Shown here one piece after another: positions 8,847 through 18,597 of a stretch of DNA of 64,000 nt. Numbering within the stretch: position 1 is the stretch's first letter; every line of letters starts with the position of its first letter. Under the pieces are notes generated by a model. That model was not told where the DNA came from. It made no database searches and saw only the letters and a list, made by a program, of their open reading frames with translations. Source of the DNA: a virus. The DNA lies in IMG/VR virus record IMGVR_UViG_3300034069_000900, positions 12,922 through 76,921 of that record; one strand, 5' to 3'. The position numbers and the translations under genes are program-made.

Positions 8847-10780
8847 TGAACCCCGATATCATCAAAGCTTTCCTGATCCAAATTGGGTTTCAGGTAAAGA
8901 AGGGGGAACAAACTGCCGCCCTAGGTGCTCTGACATCTGTAGGCAAAGCAGCTTTCGGGGTTGCTTCCGCACTGACCGCGCTCGCAACGGCGGCAGCCGC
9001 GGCGGCGACCGCGGTGGCGGCTTCATTCGATAAGCTCTATTACGTCAGCCAGCGCACCAACACATCGGTCCAGAACATCCGCTCGCTCAGCTACGCCTTC
9101 GGGCAGGTCGGCGGTAGCTCAGACCAAGCCGTCGGCGCGATCGAATCGTTCCAGCGTGCCATGCGCACGAACCCCGGTGTTGGGTCGTTCGTTCGCAGCC
9201 TGGGCGTTGCCACAGAAGCCGGGGGCAAGGCGCGCGACAATCTAGATGTCCTAATGGACTCGATTGACGCGATACAGAAGCGCACAAAGGGCCAGCAATT
9301 CGCGGGCGCCCAGATGGCTGCCATCCTAGGTATGGATGAGCATACCTACGACATGATGCTGCGGTTTCGTAACGAAATCAAGGCGAATGGTGCAGAATAC
9401 GACAAGTGGACCAAGCTGTTCGGGATCGATGCCAAGGCATCTTCCGCAGCCTCCAACGAATTTATGCACAACCTGCGTGAGATCAGTACGATTGCTTCGC
9501 TTGCCGGGCAGCGGTTGCTCCTGGAGCTCTTACCCGGCCTCAGCAGCATCAAGCAAGCTATCGTGGACTGGCTCAATGCTCACCCCGAGCTCATAGAAAA
9601 GATATTCCGGGGTATTGGCCAAGCTGCCAGCTGGATCGGCGAGAAGGTCAAGGCTGCTTACGAGGTTTTAGCCCCGTTCCTGTCGTATCTCTCGGATCAG
9701 GCCGAGCAGATGTGGGAAGACGGTAGCTTCCTGCGCGCTTGGGAGAAGGTGGCAGGCGCTTTTGAACGCACCGTCAATGCTATTAAGAGCGTCTTGAAGT
9801 GGCTGAACGATCTAGATCGCGCCACGGATATGTCCTCGGGGCTGAACGCGATCAAGAGCTTTCTAGGCTGGGTTGACCGTAAGACCTCCGGGGCGGTGCA
9901 GGAGGGCTTAGGCACCCTCGGGGGGTTGGACCGTGCTACGGACACCGGCGTCGGCGTCGGTAGCCGTAGCGGTCGGGGCGGCCGTGCGGGGGACGGCGGT
10001 GACACGGATGTGGACCTCTCGGCGACCCCCGGCTCCAACGCAAAAATCGCGGGGGCTACCTTCCGCCAAAAGGCCCCTGGCGTCATGCAGCGGCTGATGG
10101 AAGACTTCAAGCTCAATAAGGAAGAGGCTGCGATCGTACTGGGTAATCTCGGCCACGAGAGCGCTGGCTTTACCGCCTTCAAGGAAGGCGGCAATGGCCC
10201 TGGGCGCGGCTGGGCTCAGTGGACAGACCCCGGCCGGAAGGCACGGTTCTTCAAGTACGCTCAGGATAATAAGCTCGATCCTCAGAGTGACGAAGCGAAT
10301 TATGGGTTCTTGAAGTGGGAACTTCAGCACACCCACAAAAGCTCCATTGCCGACCTAAAGAATGGTCGCACCACCTCGGAGAAGATGACGGCTTTCCAGA
10401 AGAGCTTTGAGGGTGCTGGTATCACTGCCTATGGCAGCCGCTATCGCTATGCGCGGGAAGCCATCCGAGCCTATGATGCGGCTAGGCAGGGCGGAAAGGG
10501 TGGTAGCGAGACGACACTGCCGGAGCAGTCGGTGACTGCACCCAAGACGCCCCCGATTAGCATGACCCCCGGCGGGTTCAATGTGAACCGGTTGAATGCA
10601 GCGCCGGCCGGCACCCAAACACCGAACGTCGACAGTTCTAAGACCGTGCAGCAGAACAACCCTGTGCATGTTACGGTCAGCGGGGCGTCGGACCCTGCGG
10701 CCACGGGCCAAGCGGTGGAGGGCGCTGTGAACCGGGCGAATGAGCGCAGTCTGCGTAACGCACAGACCGCAATCCGCTAG
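8846..10780 (+). CDS. tape measure protein with C-terminal phage tail lysozyme domain
   Basis: Ala-rich helical N-terminus (IKAFLIQIGF; SFDKLYYVSQRT); GNLGHESAGF...GWAQWT lysozyme-like motif. Confidence 0.88.
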   Translation: MNPDIIKAFLIQIGFQVKKGEQTAALGALTSVGKAAFGVASALTALATAAAAAATAVAASFDKLYYVSQRTNTSVQNIRSLSYAFGQVGGSSDQAVGAIESFQRAMRTNPGVGSFVRSLGVATEAGGKARDNLDVLMDSIDAIQKRTKGQQFAGAQMAAILGMDEHTYDMMLRFRNEIKANGAEYDKWTKLFGIDAKASSAASNEFMHNLREISTIASLAGQRLLLELLPGLSSIKQAIVDWLNAHPELIEKIFRGIGQAASWIGEKVKAAYEVLAPFLSYLSDQAEQMWEDGSFLRAWEKVAGAFERTVNAIKSVLKWLNDLDRATDMSSGLNAIKSFLGWVDRKTSGAVQEGLGTLGGLDRATDTGVGVGSRSGRGGRAGDGGDTDVDLSATPGSNAKIAGATFRQKAPGVMQRLMEDFKLNKEEAAIVLGNLGHESAGFTAFKEGGNGPGRGWAQWTDPGRKARFFKYAQDNKLDPQSDEANYGFLKWELQHTHKSSIADLKNGRTTSEKMTAFQKSFEGAGITAYGSRYRYAREAIRAYDAARQGGKGGSETTLPEQSVTAPKTPPISMTPGGFNVNRLNAAPAGTQTPNVDSSKTVQQNNPVHVTVSGASDPAATGQAVEGAVNRANERSLRNAQTAIR

Positions 10781-11118
10781 CGCCAAGCACATACGGAAGC
10801 CGAAGCGTTTTCCCAGCAGCCCCCGTTCCGGCGGAGTTTACCGAGCGGGGTCTGTGCATGGGTAGCGCCGGCTTGAGCGTTCCACGTGCCACGCATAGCG
10901 CCATCCTGCTCGTGAGTGACGATAGCGAAGTAGGGCGCGAGTTTTTCGCTCTCATCGTCTACGACTCCGATGGAAAAGCTGCCGTCCGGCTCTGATAGCA
11001 CGTTGCACTGTCCATTAAGATACGTGGTGCCTTCGACCCGTAAAAGGCAGCGCCCCGGTGCCGCAAACGCACTGGACGCTAGAAGCATGGCGCCTACGGT
11101 TGCAATCAGTGTTCTCAT
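10777..11118 (-). CDS. antisense moron, predicted exported protein with four Cys
   Basis: Signal peptide MRTLIATVGAMLLASSAFA; GGAGAG SD upstream of the ATG at 11118. Confidence 0.7.
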   Translation of the reverse strand: MRTLIATVGAMLLASSAFAAPGRCLLRVEGTTYLNGQCNVLSEPDGSFSIGVVDDESEKLAPYFAIVTHEQDGAMRGTWNAQAGATHAQTPLGKLRRNGGCWENASASVCAWR

Positions 11119-11182
11119 AGCACTCTCCAATCAGATGTGACGTCAATTAAGGCTCGCTGAAAAGAAATACAAGGGGCCTCAG

Positions 11183-11920
11183 GTGGCACTGCTCGGAGAA
11201 CAGACCTACGCACTGATCACCACGGGCACACGGGCTATCGGCACACTGATACCCGACGTTGTGATCAGTGAAGGCCACAGGGATGGCCTCATCATCACAC
11301 AGCATCCGGTTGAGAACGGGGGCATCATTACGGACCACGCTTTCAAGCGCCCCGCGGAGCTTGAGATGGTGTGTGGCTGGTCCGACTCCACCGTAGGTTA
11401 CGTGGGATATGCCCGGCAGGTCTATGAAGGGTTGCAACAGCTTCAGGCCGCTCGTCAACCGTTCAATATCACTACGGGCAAGCGGCGATATAAGAACATG
11501 CTTCTGCGCGAGCTTAGCGTGCAGACGGACAAGGACACGGAGAACTCGCTAGTCATCTCAGCCTCTTTCCAAGAGGTGATTATCGTATCGACCCAGACCA
11601 CGAACACGGGTAGTGATACGACGGGGGCTGGTGACGGCAAGGGCAATCAGGCAAACCCGGCGTCTACGGACACAACGGCAGCGCGGGGCGGCACACAGGG
11701 CGTACCCATCACGGACACCAACTTCAACGGCTCGTTCAACCCCGGTCAAACCGACGTAGGGCAAGGTTCGAACTACGGCTCGTTCGGGGACTACACCACT
11801 CTCCCCGGCCTGACCGTGCCGGGCAGTGACATCGGGCCCAGTGTGCTGCCTGAGACCCCGAACCCCGGCACCGGGACGGGTTCAGGGACGCCCTCATACA
11901 ACATCTGGGAGTTCGGATGA
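11183..11920 (+). CDS. baseplate/tail-tip organiser protein (Dit-like position)
   Basis: PDVVISEGHRDGLIITQHPVENG..ITDHAFKRPAEL; TGKRRYKNMLL. Confidence 0.8.
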   Translation: MALLGEQTYALITTGTRAIGTLIPDVVISEGHRDGLIITQHPVENGGIITDHAFKRPAELEMVCGWSDSTVGYVGYARQVYEGLQQLQAARQPFNITTGKRRYKNMLLRELSVQTDKDTENSLVISASFQEVIIVSTQTTNTGSDTTGAGDGKGNQANPASTDTTAARGGTQGVPITDTNFNGSFNPGQTDVGQGSNYGSFGDYTTLPGLTVPGSDIGPSVLPETPNPGTGTGSGTPSYNIWEFG

Positions 11921-12237
11921 TGGCAGTGGTGGAAGTGCCACTGACCCCAAACCCGCAGACGTTCAGTATGTGGCTGGGGTCTAATCAGTACCGGATGCGG
12001 TTGCTCTACAACGACGTGGATGCCGGGGGGTGGGTGCTGGACATAGGCACTATGGATAACGTCCTGTTGATCGGGGGCATCCCCCTCGTTACAGGCTGCG
12101 ATCTGCTGGGACAGTTCCGATATATGAACTTCGGCGGCGGACTGTTCGTAACGACCGACAGTGGCGCGGGCGAGGTGCCGACCTATACGGGCCTAGGCAC
12201 TACCAGCCATCTATACTTTGCCGATTACGTGGTTTGA
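11917..12237 (+). CDS. small baseplate protein
   Basis: EVPLTPNPQTF, GGWVLDI, GIPLVTGCDLLGQFRY; synteny fits. Confidence 0.8.
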   Translation: MMAVVEVPLTPNPQTFSMWLGSNQYRMRLLYNDVDAGGWVLDIGTMDNVLLIGGIPLVTGCDLLGQFRYMNFGGGLFVTTDSGAGEVPTYTGLGTTSHLYFADYVV

Positions 12238-12238
12238 G

Positions 12239-13390
12239 ATGGGATATCAGCAGTACCTCCGCAAGGTAAGTCTGACACTCGAAGGTGGCGGCAAGGCTAT
12301 CGGGTTTGACCCAAACCCCGGCGATTCGAGCGACCGTCAGCTGCGCATCCGGTTCAATGTGCGCCAGGGTGATACATCCACCCCGCCTTCTGCTGATATC
12401 TACATCTATAACCTCAGCAAGACGACGTACGAGTCTGTGCGGAAAGAGTACAAGAGTATCACGCTAGAGGCCGGCTACGAAGGCAATACCGGGATACTCT
12501 TCAAGGGTCAGATCATTCAGGTTCGGCTGTACCGCGAGAATATCACGGATCTAGTCACCCACATCCAGGCGACGTCTTCAGAACAGGCGCGCAATTACGC
12601 GACTGTGAACAAGACACTACCCCCCGGCCACACGTTCAAGGACCGTGTGGACGTCGCTACGCAGGCGATGCAGAAGATGGGTGTGACGGTCGGCCACATT
12701 GATGATTTAGGCAACACCAAGTTCCCTAAGAGCTTCGTATGTTTCGGCATGGCCAAGGACATGCTACGAGATATCTGCTTCGCTACCGGCACCCAGTGGC
12801 ATAACCATAACGGCGTGTTCAACCTCGTCAAGAATGAGAACACCCTGCCCGGCGATACGATTGTTCTCAACGGTAACACGGGGCTGGTGGGCTTCCCGGA
12901 ACAAACGCTTGAAGGCGTCGTGGCCCGTTGCCTACTCAACCCTAAGATACATCCCGCCCAAAAGATACAGATTAATCAGAGCAGTATCCAAGAAGCTGCC
13001 ATCAGTCCCGCTTATGGATCGCAGGCCAATAATGCACTACTCGGGCCCGAAGGCATCCTCGGACTGGCTGCGGATGGCATCTACAAGGCGCTGCTCGTAG
13101 AGCATAACGGCGATAATCGTGGCCCCAACTGGTACACGGAAATCATCTGCGTAAAGAACCAGGGCGGGGCGTCCATCGCACTGGCTCAACGCGGCATCTA
13201 CCGAGACACGCTACAAGACAGCCCCAACACCCCCGGCAACGCGAACGCAGGGGCCACCGCACCCCCGAGCGCGCCCGCGTTCAGCGGGGGCTCGTTCAAT
13301 CCGGGCAGTACGAACGTCGGCCAGGGCACGGCACCAGGGCTGTTTGACAACGTGGGCACGCTGGGCAATAGCAAACCGTTTTCGAGCTGA
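12239..13390 (+). CDS. baseplate hub protein
   Basis: QYLRKVSLTL, LRIRFNV, ADIYIYNLS, LEAGY..N.GILFKG, TGLVGFPEQT, LLNPKI. Confidence 0.82.
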   Translation: MGYQQYLRKVSLTLEGGGKAIGFDPNPGDSSDRQLRIRFNVRQGDTSTPPSADIYIYNLSKTTYESVRKEYKSITLEAGYEGNTGILFKGQIIQVRLYRENITDLVTHIQATSSEQARNYATVNKTLPPGHTFKDRVDVATQAMQKMGVTVGHIDDLGNTKFPKSFVCFGMAKDMLRDICFATGTQWHNHNGVFNLVKNENTLPGDTIVLNGNTGLVGFPEQTLEGVVARCLLNPKIHPAQKIQINQSSIQEAAISPAYGSQANNALLGPEGILGLAADGIYKALLVEHNGDNRGPNWYTEIICVKNQGGASIALAQRGIYRDTLQDSPNTPGNANAGATAPPSAPAFSGGSFNPGSTNVGQGTAPGLFDNVGTLGNSKPFSS

Positions 13391-13398
13391 GCTGAGAC

Positions 13399-14028
13399 AT
13401 GGATATCCGCACCCGCTTTGTTGACAAGGATCCGGATGAGATCCTGGCTACAATCGTAGACGCTGTGCGGTCTCAGATCTACACGGCACTGCCTGTGCGT
13501 GTCGCACAGGACTCAGCCGACGGTCACACCGTAAACCTGACCTCTACAATTCAGGCGGTGCAGCGCAATCCGGACGGCACACAGTCGCTCGTTTCGCTGC
13601 CTATGTTCATGGGTGTGCCAATCCATCACACCGGTGGGGGCGGCGTGACGGTCACTCACCAGCACACCAAAGATGACGAAGGGTTAGTCGTCTTCAGCTC
13701 CAGGTCTATGGACGCGTGGTTCCAGCAGGGTGGTGAGCAAAAGCAGGTCGACGCGCGGATGCACGACCTGTCTGACGGTGTCTACCTGCCAGGGGTGCGC
13801 TCAAACCCCCGCAAGCTTCAAGGCGTCTCAACGAACTCCACCCAGACGCGTACCGACGACAAGAAGTCCCTGCATGATGTAAGCCATAGCGCGATAACAG
13901 CCATCCGTGAGCTCGCAGCACATCAGATCAATGCTGCGGCCATTCAGGCACAGCTGAAGGGTGCCTCGCACATTGTCGATGCTATGTCTATCCAGCATAT
14001 CGCCTCCAAGATCCTACTGAACTGCTGA
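13399..14028 (+). CDS. baseplate central spike (Gp138-like N-terminal domain)
   Basis: IYTALPVRV, VPIHHTGGGGVTVT, DEGLVVFSSRSMDAWFQQGG, RMHDLSDG. Confidence 0.82.
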   Translation: MDIRTRFVDKDPDEILATIVDAVRSQIYTALPVRVAQDSADGHTVNLTSTIQAVQRNPDGTQSLVSLPMFMGVPIHHTGGGGVTVTHQHTKDDEGLVVFSSRSMDAWFQQGGEQKQVDARMHDLSDGVYLPGVRSNPRKLQGVSTNSTQTRTDDKKSLHDVSHSAITAIRELAAHQINAAAIQAQLKGASHIVDAMSIQHIASKILLNC

Positions 14029-14903
14029 TGAGCGCTGGTATCCAACTGCCGAAGGCGCTCCAGCTTATCAGCGGCGTACCCCTGCAAAAGGTGGTCTCTG
14101 TATTTGCCGAGAAGCTCTCCATCACTAAGCGGCTGGACGGGGGCGGCGGTATCGCCTCCCTCATGGCCCAGGTAATTAGAGACGGCAACCTGTCGTCCAT
14201 CATGCAGAACCCCATGGCTACCGCTACGCAGGTCCTCCAGGGCCAACTTGGAGGTTTTGCTACGCAGCTTAACGGAATACCCGGCGCTTCAGGGTTGATC
14301 TCCGCCCTCACAGGTGCTTCAGGGCTGGGGAATGCGCTCAGCATATTCAAGTCGGCGGGGGATAATCTCGCAGGGCTCACCAATGGGGGCTCGGGGTTCT
14401 TTGATATGCTTGGGCACGCCACAACCGTCGATATGGCGGGGGCTGCGCTGCCCTTGGCTGCAACGATGGATGCGGTGACCGCACCCCTTGACTCAGGTGC
14501 GCTGCTGAACTCGATTGCGAGTCAGTTGCCCCCGATGATAGCGCAGGTGGTCTCCGGTCAGGTCAGCCCTGACACCGCCACGGCTTTCGTCAATAGCCAA
14601 ATACAGACACTAGGCGCTATCGTGGCGGGCTCGAGCGGCGCCCTTGCGTACGGGGCTCAGATGCACCCTTCGCTGGCGCTGGTGGCCAGCGTAGGCGGCG
14701 CCCTGGCCGTTCCACCGGCCTTCGATAGCGATGGCTATCGTGTGAACGGGGCGCCCACCGGGTTTCAGCTCGTGCTAAACTCCATTGTACAGCCCGGACC
14801 CGCCGAGGTGATGGCTGCTTCAGTTGCTGCCCAGATACGGCACACTCAGCATAACCCGATAGATGTTGCGGGTATGACGTCACTCGGGGACCCGACCACA
14901 TGA
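14028..14903 (+). CDS. hypothetical Ala/Gly/Leu-rich protein coupled to the spike gene
   Basis: 291 aa ORF with TGATG stop-start overlap upstream and ATGA overlap downstream. Confidence 0.65.
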   Translation: MSAGIQLPKALQLISGVPLQKVVSVFAEKLSITKRLDGGGGIASLMAQVIRDGNLSSIMQNPMATATQVLQGQLGGFATQLNGIPGASGLISALTGASGLGNALSIFKSAGDNLAGLTNGGSGFFDMLGHATTVDMAGAALPLAATMDAVTAPLDSGALLNSIASQLPPMIAQVVSGQVSPDTATAFVNSQIQTLGAIVAGSSGALAYGAQMHPSLALVASVGGALAVPPAFDSDGYRVNGAPTGFQLVLNSIVQPGPAEVMAASVAAQIRHTQHNPIDVAGMTSLGDPTT

Positions 14904-15295
14904 GAGTCCGCAAGGTAGACGCTAATGGGGACTATGTCTTCGGTGGCGATCAGCGAGCGTACTGGCAGGACCGCCCCGAAGGCGTTGCACAGGTCGTAGA
15001 GAGCCGCCTGCATCTATGGATCGGTGAGTGGTACCTAAACCTCGAAGAAGGCACACCGTACCAGACCCAGATACTCGGCAAGCGTACCGAGAACACACGG
15101 GACCCCGTACTACAGGATAGGATCCTAAGTACGCCAGGGGTGCTCAGTATCGTAGACTACGACAGTGCCCTAGCGCGAGACACACGCGGTCTCGTAGTGA
15201 GCGCCACGATACAGACCCCCTACACGACTAATATCTTGTTCAGCGGGGCGCAAGGCACCGCGGAAGTCAATACTACAGTTTACGAGGGGCGCTGA
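14900..15295 (+). CDS. baseplate wedge subunit (gp25-like position)
   Basis: MRVRKVDANGDYVFG, RLHLWIGEWYLNLEEGTPY, RILSTPGV. Confidence 0.85.
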   Translation: MRVRKVDANGDYVFGGDQRAYWQDRPEGVAQVVESRLHLWIGEWYLNLEEGTPYQTQILGKRTENTRDPVLQDRILSTPGVLSIVDYDSALARDTRGLVVSATIQTPYTTNILFSGAQGTAEVNTTVYEGR

Positions 15296-15296
15296 A

Positions 15297-16496
15297 GTGG
15301 GTGCGACACCGGTCTGCTTAATCACGGCTGCGGGCATCCAGCGCCCTGATTTTGCGACGGTCTTAAACTATTTCCAGACTCTATTCCGTTCGCTCTACGG
15401 CGAGGACGTATACCTTGGTGCGGATTGCCAAGATGGTCAGTTTATGACCCTTCTTGCTAATGCTTTGCACGACGCCAACGGTGAGACCGAAGCTGCATAC
15501 TTTGCGTACTCACCCAGCACGGCAATCGGGGTGGGGCTCTCTTCTGTCGTTAAAATTAATGGTATCCAGCGCAAGGCTGCCTCCTATTCGACCTGTGACT
15601 TCTTGATTGTTGGTCAAGTAGGCACCAGCGTTACGGGGGGCATTGTTAGAGATGCCGATGGCAATCAGTGGGCCCTGAACAGTTTCATCATACCTGCTGC
15701 GGGACAGCTGACTGTCTCGGGGGTGTGCCAGACCCTAGGCGCCGTAACGTTGGCCGCAGGCGGTATTAGTACCGCTGCCAGTAAGGGGGGCATCGTCAAC
15801 CCGCAACTCGGGTGGCAGTCCGCTGCAAATCTGGCGGATGCCGTTCCGGGACAGCCGGTGGAGACAGATAGCCAGCTGCGGCAACGGCAGACACTCTCTA
15901 CTGCGCTGCCGGCCCAGACCATCCTAGAGAGTATGCTGGGTGTGCTGTATGCCGTGGCCGGGGTTACGCGCATCCGAGCTTACGAGAATGATACGAACAT
16001 CCAGGATCCTGTGACAGGGGCGCCGGGGCATACCCTGACGTTCGTGATAGAAGGTGGCGACCCCGCCGTCCTAGGCGCTATCATTGCGGCGAAGAAAGGC
16101 ATCGTCGGGACGTACGGCAGTGTCCTTGTTCCGCTCCAAGACGCATATGGCATTCCGCACCCCGTACGGTTTTTCCGGCCAGTGGCGCTACCTATCGCAT
16201 GGAATGTGAGCGTGCGGCCGAAGGCCGGGTACACGCTCGACGTCGCCGCAGCGATCCAGGCTTCACTCGCCGCCTACACCGGTACAGTGCTGATCGGGGG
16301 CAACCAAGAGCTAGCCCCGGCTTATGCAGCGGCCGGGCTGGCGGGGGACCCCCGCTCTGCGACTTTCGAGGTTGTGAGCCTGAAGGCCCTGCGCCGCAAT
16401 GGGGGCGCCGATAACTACGGCGACGTACAAGCGGCATTCAACGAAGCGCCTATCTGCAACCCCGGCGACGTCGTCATCACCCCGGTACTGATATGA
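15297..16496 (+). CDS. baseplate J-like wedge protein
   Basis: AAGIQRPDFATVL, DCQDGQ, YSPSTAIGVGLSSVVKINGI, ETDSQLRQRQ, GVTRIRAYEN. Confidence 0.9.
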   Translation: MGATPVCLITAAGIQRPDFATVLNYFQTLFRSLYGEDVYLGADCQDGQFMTLLANALHDANGETEAAYFAYSPSTAIGVGLSSVVKINGIQRKAASYSTCDFLIVGQVGTSVTGGIVRDADGNQWALNSFIIPAAGQLTVSGVCQTLGAVTLAAGGISTAASKGGIVNPQLGWQSAANLADAVPGQPVETDSQLRQRQTLSTALPAQTILESMLGVLYAVAGVTRIRAYENDTNIQDPVTGAPGHTLTFVIEGGDPAVLGAIIAAKKGIVGTYGSVLVPLQDAYGIPHPVRFFRPVALPIAWNVSVRPKAGYTLDVAAAIQASLAAYTGTVLIGGNQELAPAYAAAGLAGDPRSATFEVVSLKALRRNGGADNYGDVQAAFNEAPICNPGDVVITPVLI

Positions 16497-17287
16497 GCCG
16501 CACACTCGACATCTACACGGGCCGTATCACCCCCTGGCAATCCACCAAACCTAAGTTCGTAGCTACGGTATCAGGCACGCTAGCCCCGATAGTGACGGCA
16601 GGGGCGGTTGCTGCCAGCTTGCCGAGCCTATTCGATCTCGATGTTGCGGTTGGCAGTCAGTTGGACGCCACGGGCCAATGGATCGGTCCGACCCGTAATG
16701 TGCAGTTACCCATTCCGGGCACGGACTTCACATGGTCCGACCCCGCGCGGGGCTGGTCGCTAGGCATCTGGAAAGGCCCGTACTCGCAGCAATACGGCGT
16801 CACGCAGTTGGATGACGATACTTACCGTCGTCTGTTAAAGGCGGTGGTGTTGAGCAATCATTGGGACGGCACAATCCCAGGGATGCAGGCTATATTTGAC
16901 GCATTCTTTATAGACCCCGCCACGCTGGTGTTTATCCAGGATCAGACGCAAGTTCCTTACCCGCAGATTTCATTTGCGTGGGCGACCCCCGGACGGGGTT
17001 GGACACAGGCTGCCTGGGCTGAAAATACGACACTCGGGGCCACTGTCGGCACAGTGGATGTCGCTATCTCTATTTGTATCGCGGGCAAGATACCCCCGCG
17101 CATATACCTAGGGCTACTTGCACAGAACGCCCTCCGCGTGAAACCAGCAGGGGTGACGACCACCTATCGCGTTACCTCGGTAGACAACGCCCCGGTCTTC
17201 GGGTTTGGGGTTGAAAATCAGTATGTATCCGGGTGGGGCAGTGGCGCTTGGGGGGTGACCCCGGAGTATCTACTGAACAACACCTAA
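16493..17287 (+). CDS. baseplate wedge protein (DUF2612 family)
   Basis: FDLDVAVGSQLDATGQWIG, LDDDTYRRLLKA...NHWDG, VKPAGV. Confidence 0.88.
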   Translation: MSRTLDIYTGRITPWQSTKPKFVATVSGTLAPIVTAGAVAASLPSLFDLDVAVGSQLDATGQWIGPTRNVQLPIPGTDFTWSDPARGWSLGIWKGPYSQQYGVTQLDDDTYRRLLKAVVLSNHWDGTIPGMQAIFDAFFIDPATLVFIQDQTQVPYPQISFAWATPGRGWTQAAWAENTTLGATVGTVDVAISICIAGKIPPRIYLGLLAQNALRVKPAGVTTTYRVTSVDNAPVFGFGVENQYVSGWGSGAWGVTPEYLLNNT

Positions 17288-17314
17288 CGCCCCCGCACAA
17301 CCATCAGGTCAGCA

Positions 17315-18586
17315 ATGCCTCAGAACGATTTCGTCCCGTTCGCAACGGGTGCGGGTGCGAACGTGTATTCGGTCGCGACCTATGCTGCCGCAGCCGCCCG
17401 CCAAACGGGTGTCGTTGGGGGCACGGCCGATCCACTGCTTGCGAACAATTCATGGCGGCAGGGTACGGTTGTCGCTTCCATGATCGGGCAGTTCATCACG
17501 TCAGCGGGGTATGACGCCCTCGACAATGGTGACCTGACCACGCTCCTCGTCAACTTCCAGAGTGCGATCACGGCGCTCGCTCAGTCTGGCGCGCCCGGCT
17601 CGACGTCGCTCGTTCACTCCGGCACCGACACCAGCGGAACCGCGAACCAGATCACGCTCTCGACTGTCACGCCCGACATCTCGGCGCTTCAGGACTTCCA
17701 GCTTTTTGAGATCGTCCCGGCCAACAACGTGACCGGCCCGGTCACCCTCACAATCAAGGCGTTCGGCGGACTGCCGCTCTTGCGCCGCAACGGCGGCCAG
17801 CTTGTCAGTGGCGATGCCCCAGCCGGCGCGCCGCTTTTGGCGATGAAATACGGAAACACGTTCCGGCTTCTGGTCGCGGTTCCTTCCGAGATCACGACGA
17901 CGGCGATCACGGTCATCCAGGCACGCAGGATCGCGGGCTCGACCCCGTACCGGTACGCCTCGTCGGGGAATTACACTCTCGCTGTCCCTGCCGGCACGAT
18001 CTTCAGCATCGCTGAGTGTCGTGGGGGTGGTGGTGGCGGTGGCGGTGCCAACGGGACCAACGCGGCCGGTTCTGGTGGTGGCGGTGGTGGCAACGCCGCG
18101 AAGGTCGGGCAGGCGATCACCGACACTGTACTGGCCATCACGGTCGGCGCGGGTGGTTCGCCGGGATCGGCGGGGGGCGGCAACGCAGGCTCGGGTGGCA
18201 CTTCGCTGGTTTCTGTTCAGAGCGGCACGGTTCAAGGCACGAACGGCACGACCTTCACGGCTGGCCAGACCCTGTGCGCGGCTACAGGCGGGACCGGTGG
18301 CTACGGCGGCGTCGGCGGCAACCAGGGCACGCAGCAGGGCCTAGGCGGCGTCGCTTCCGGTGGCGATCTCAACGACAACGGGGACTCGGGCGGTTACCCC
18401 CCGCAGGTCGGCACCTACTCGTTCGGCGGCTCGGGCGGCGCATCTCCCGGCTCCGGCGGCCGACCTGACAACAACTACGCTGCGGCGGGCAACTCATCCT
18501 CGGCGGCCGGCACGGGCGGTAACGGCTCGTCGGCCAACGCTATCGGCGGCTACGGCACCCCCGGCCGCGTGACAATCTATCAATAA
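17315..18586 (+). CDS. tail fibre protein with glycine-rich C-terminal domain
   Basis: The N-terminus MPQNDFVPFATGAGANV...RQGTVVASMIGQF is a conserved baseplate-attachment segment; GGGGGGG repeats lie distally. Confidence 0.82.
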   Translation: MPQNDFVPFATGAGANVYSVATYAAAAARQTGVVGGTADPLLANNSWRQGTVVASMIGQFITSAGYDALDNGDLTTLLVNFQSAITALAQSGAPGSTSLVHSGTDTSGTANQITLSTVTPDISALQDFQLFEIVPANNVTGPVTLTIKAFGGLPLLRRNGGQLVSGDAPAGAPLLAMKYGNTFRLLVAVPSEITTTAITVIQARRIAGSTPYRYASSGNYTLAVPAGTIFSIAECRGGGGGGGGANGTNAAGSGGGGGGNAAKVGQAITDTVLAITVGAGGSPGSAGGGNAGSGGTSLVSVQSGTVQGTNGTTFTAGQTLCAATGGTGGYGGVGGNQGTQQGLGGVASGGDLNDNGDSGGYPPQVGTYSFGGSGGASPGSGGRPDNNYAAAGNSSSAAGTGGNGSSANAIGGYGTPGRVTIYQ

Positions 18587-18597
18587 GGAAAGCGACG

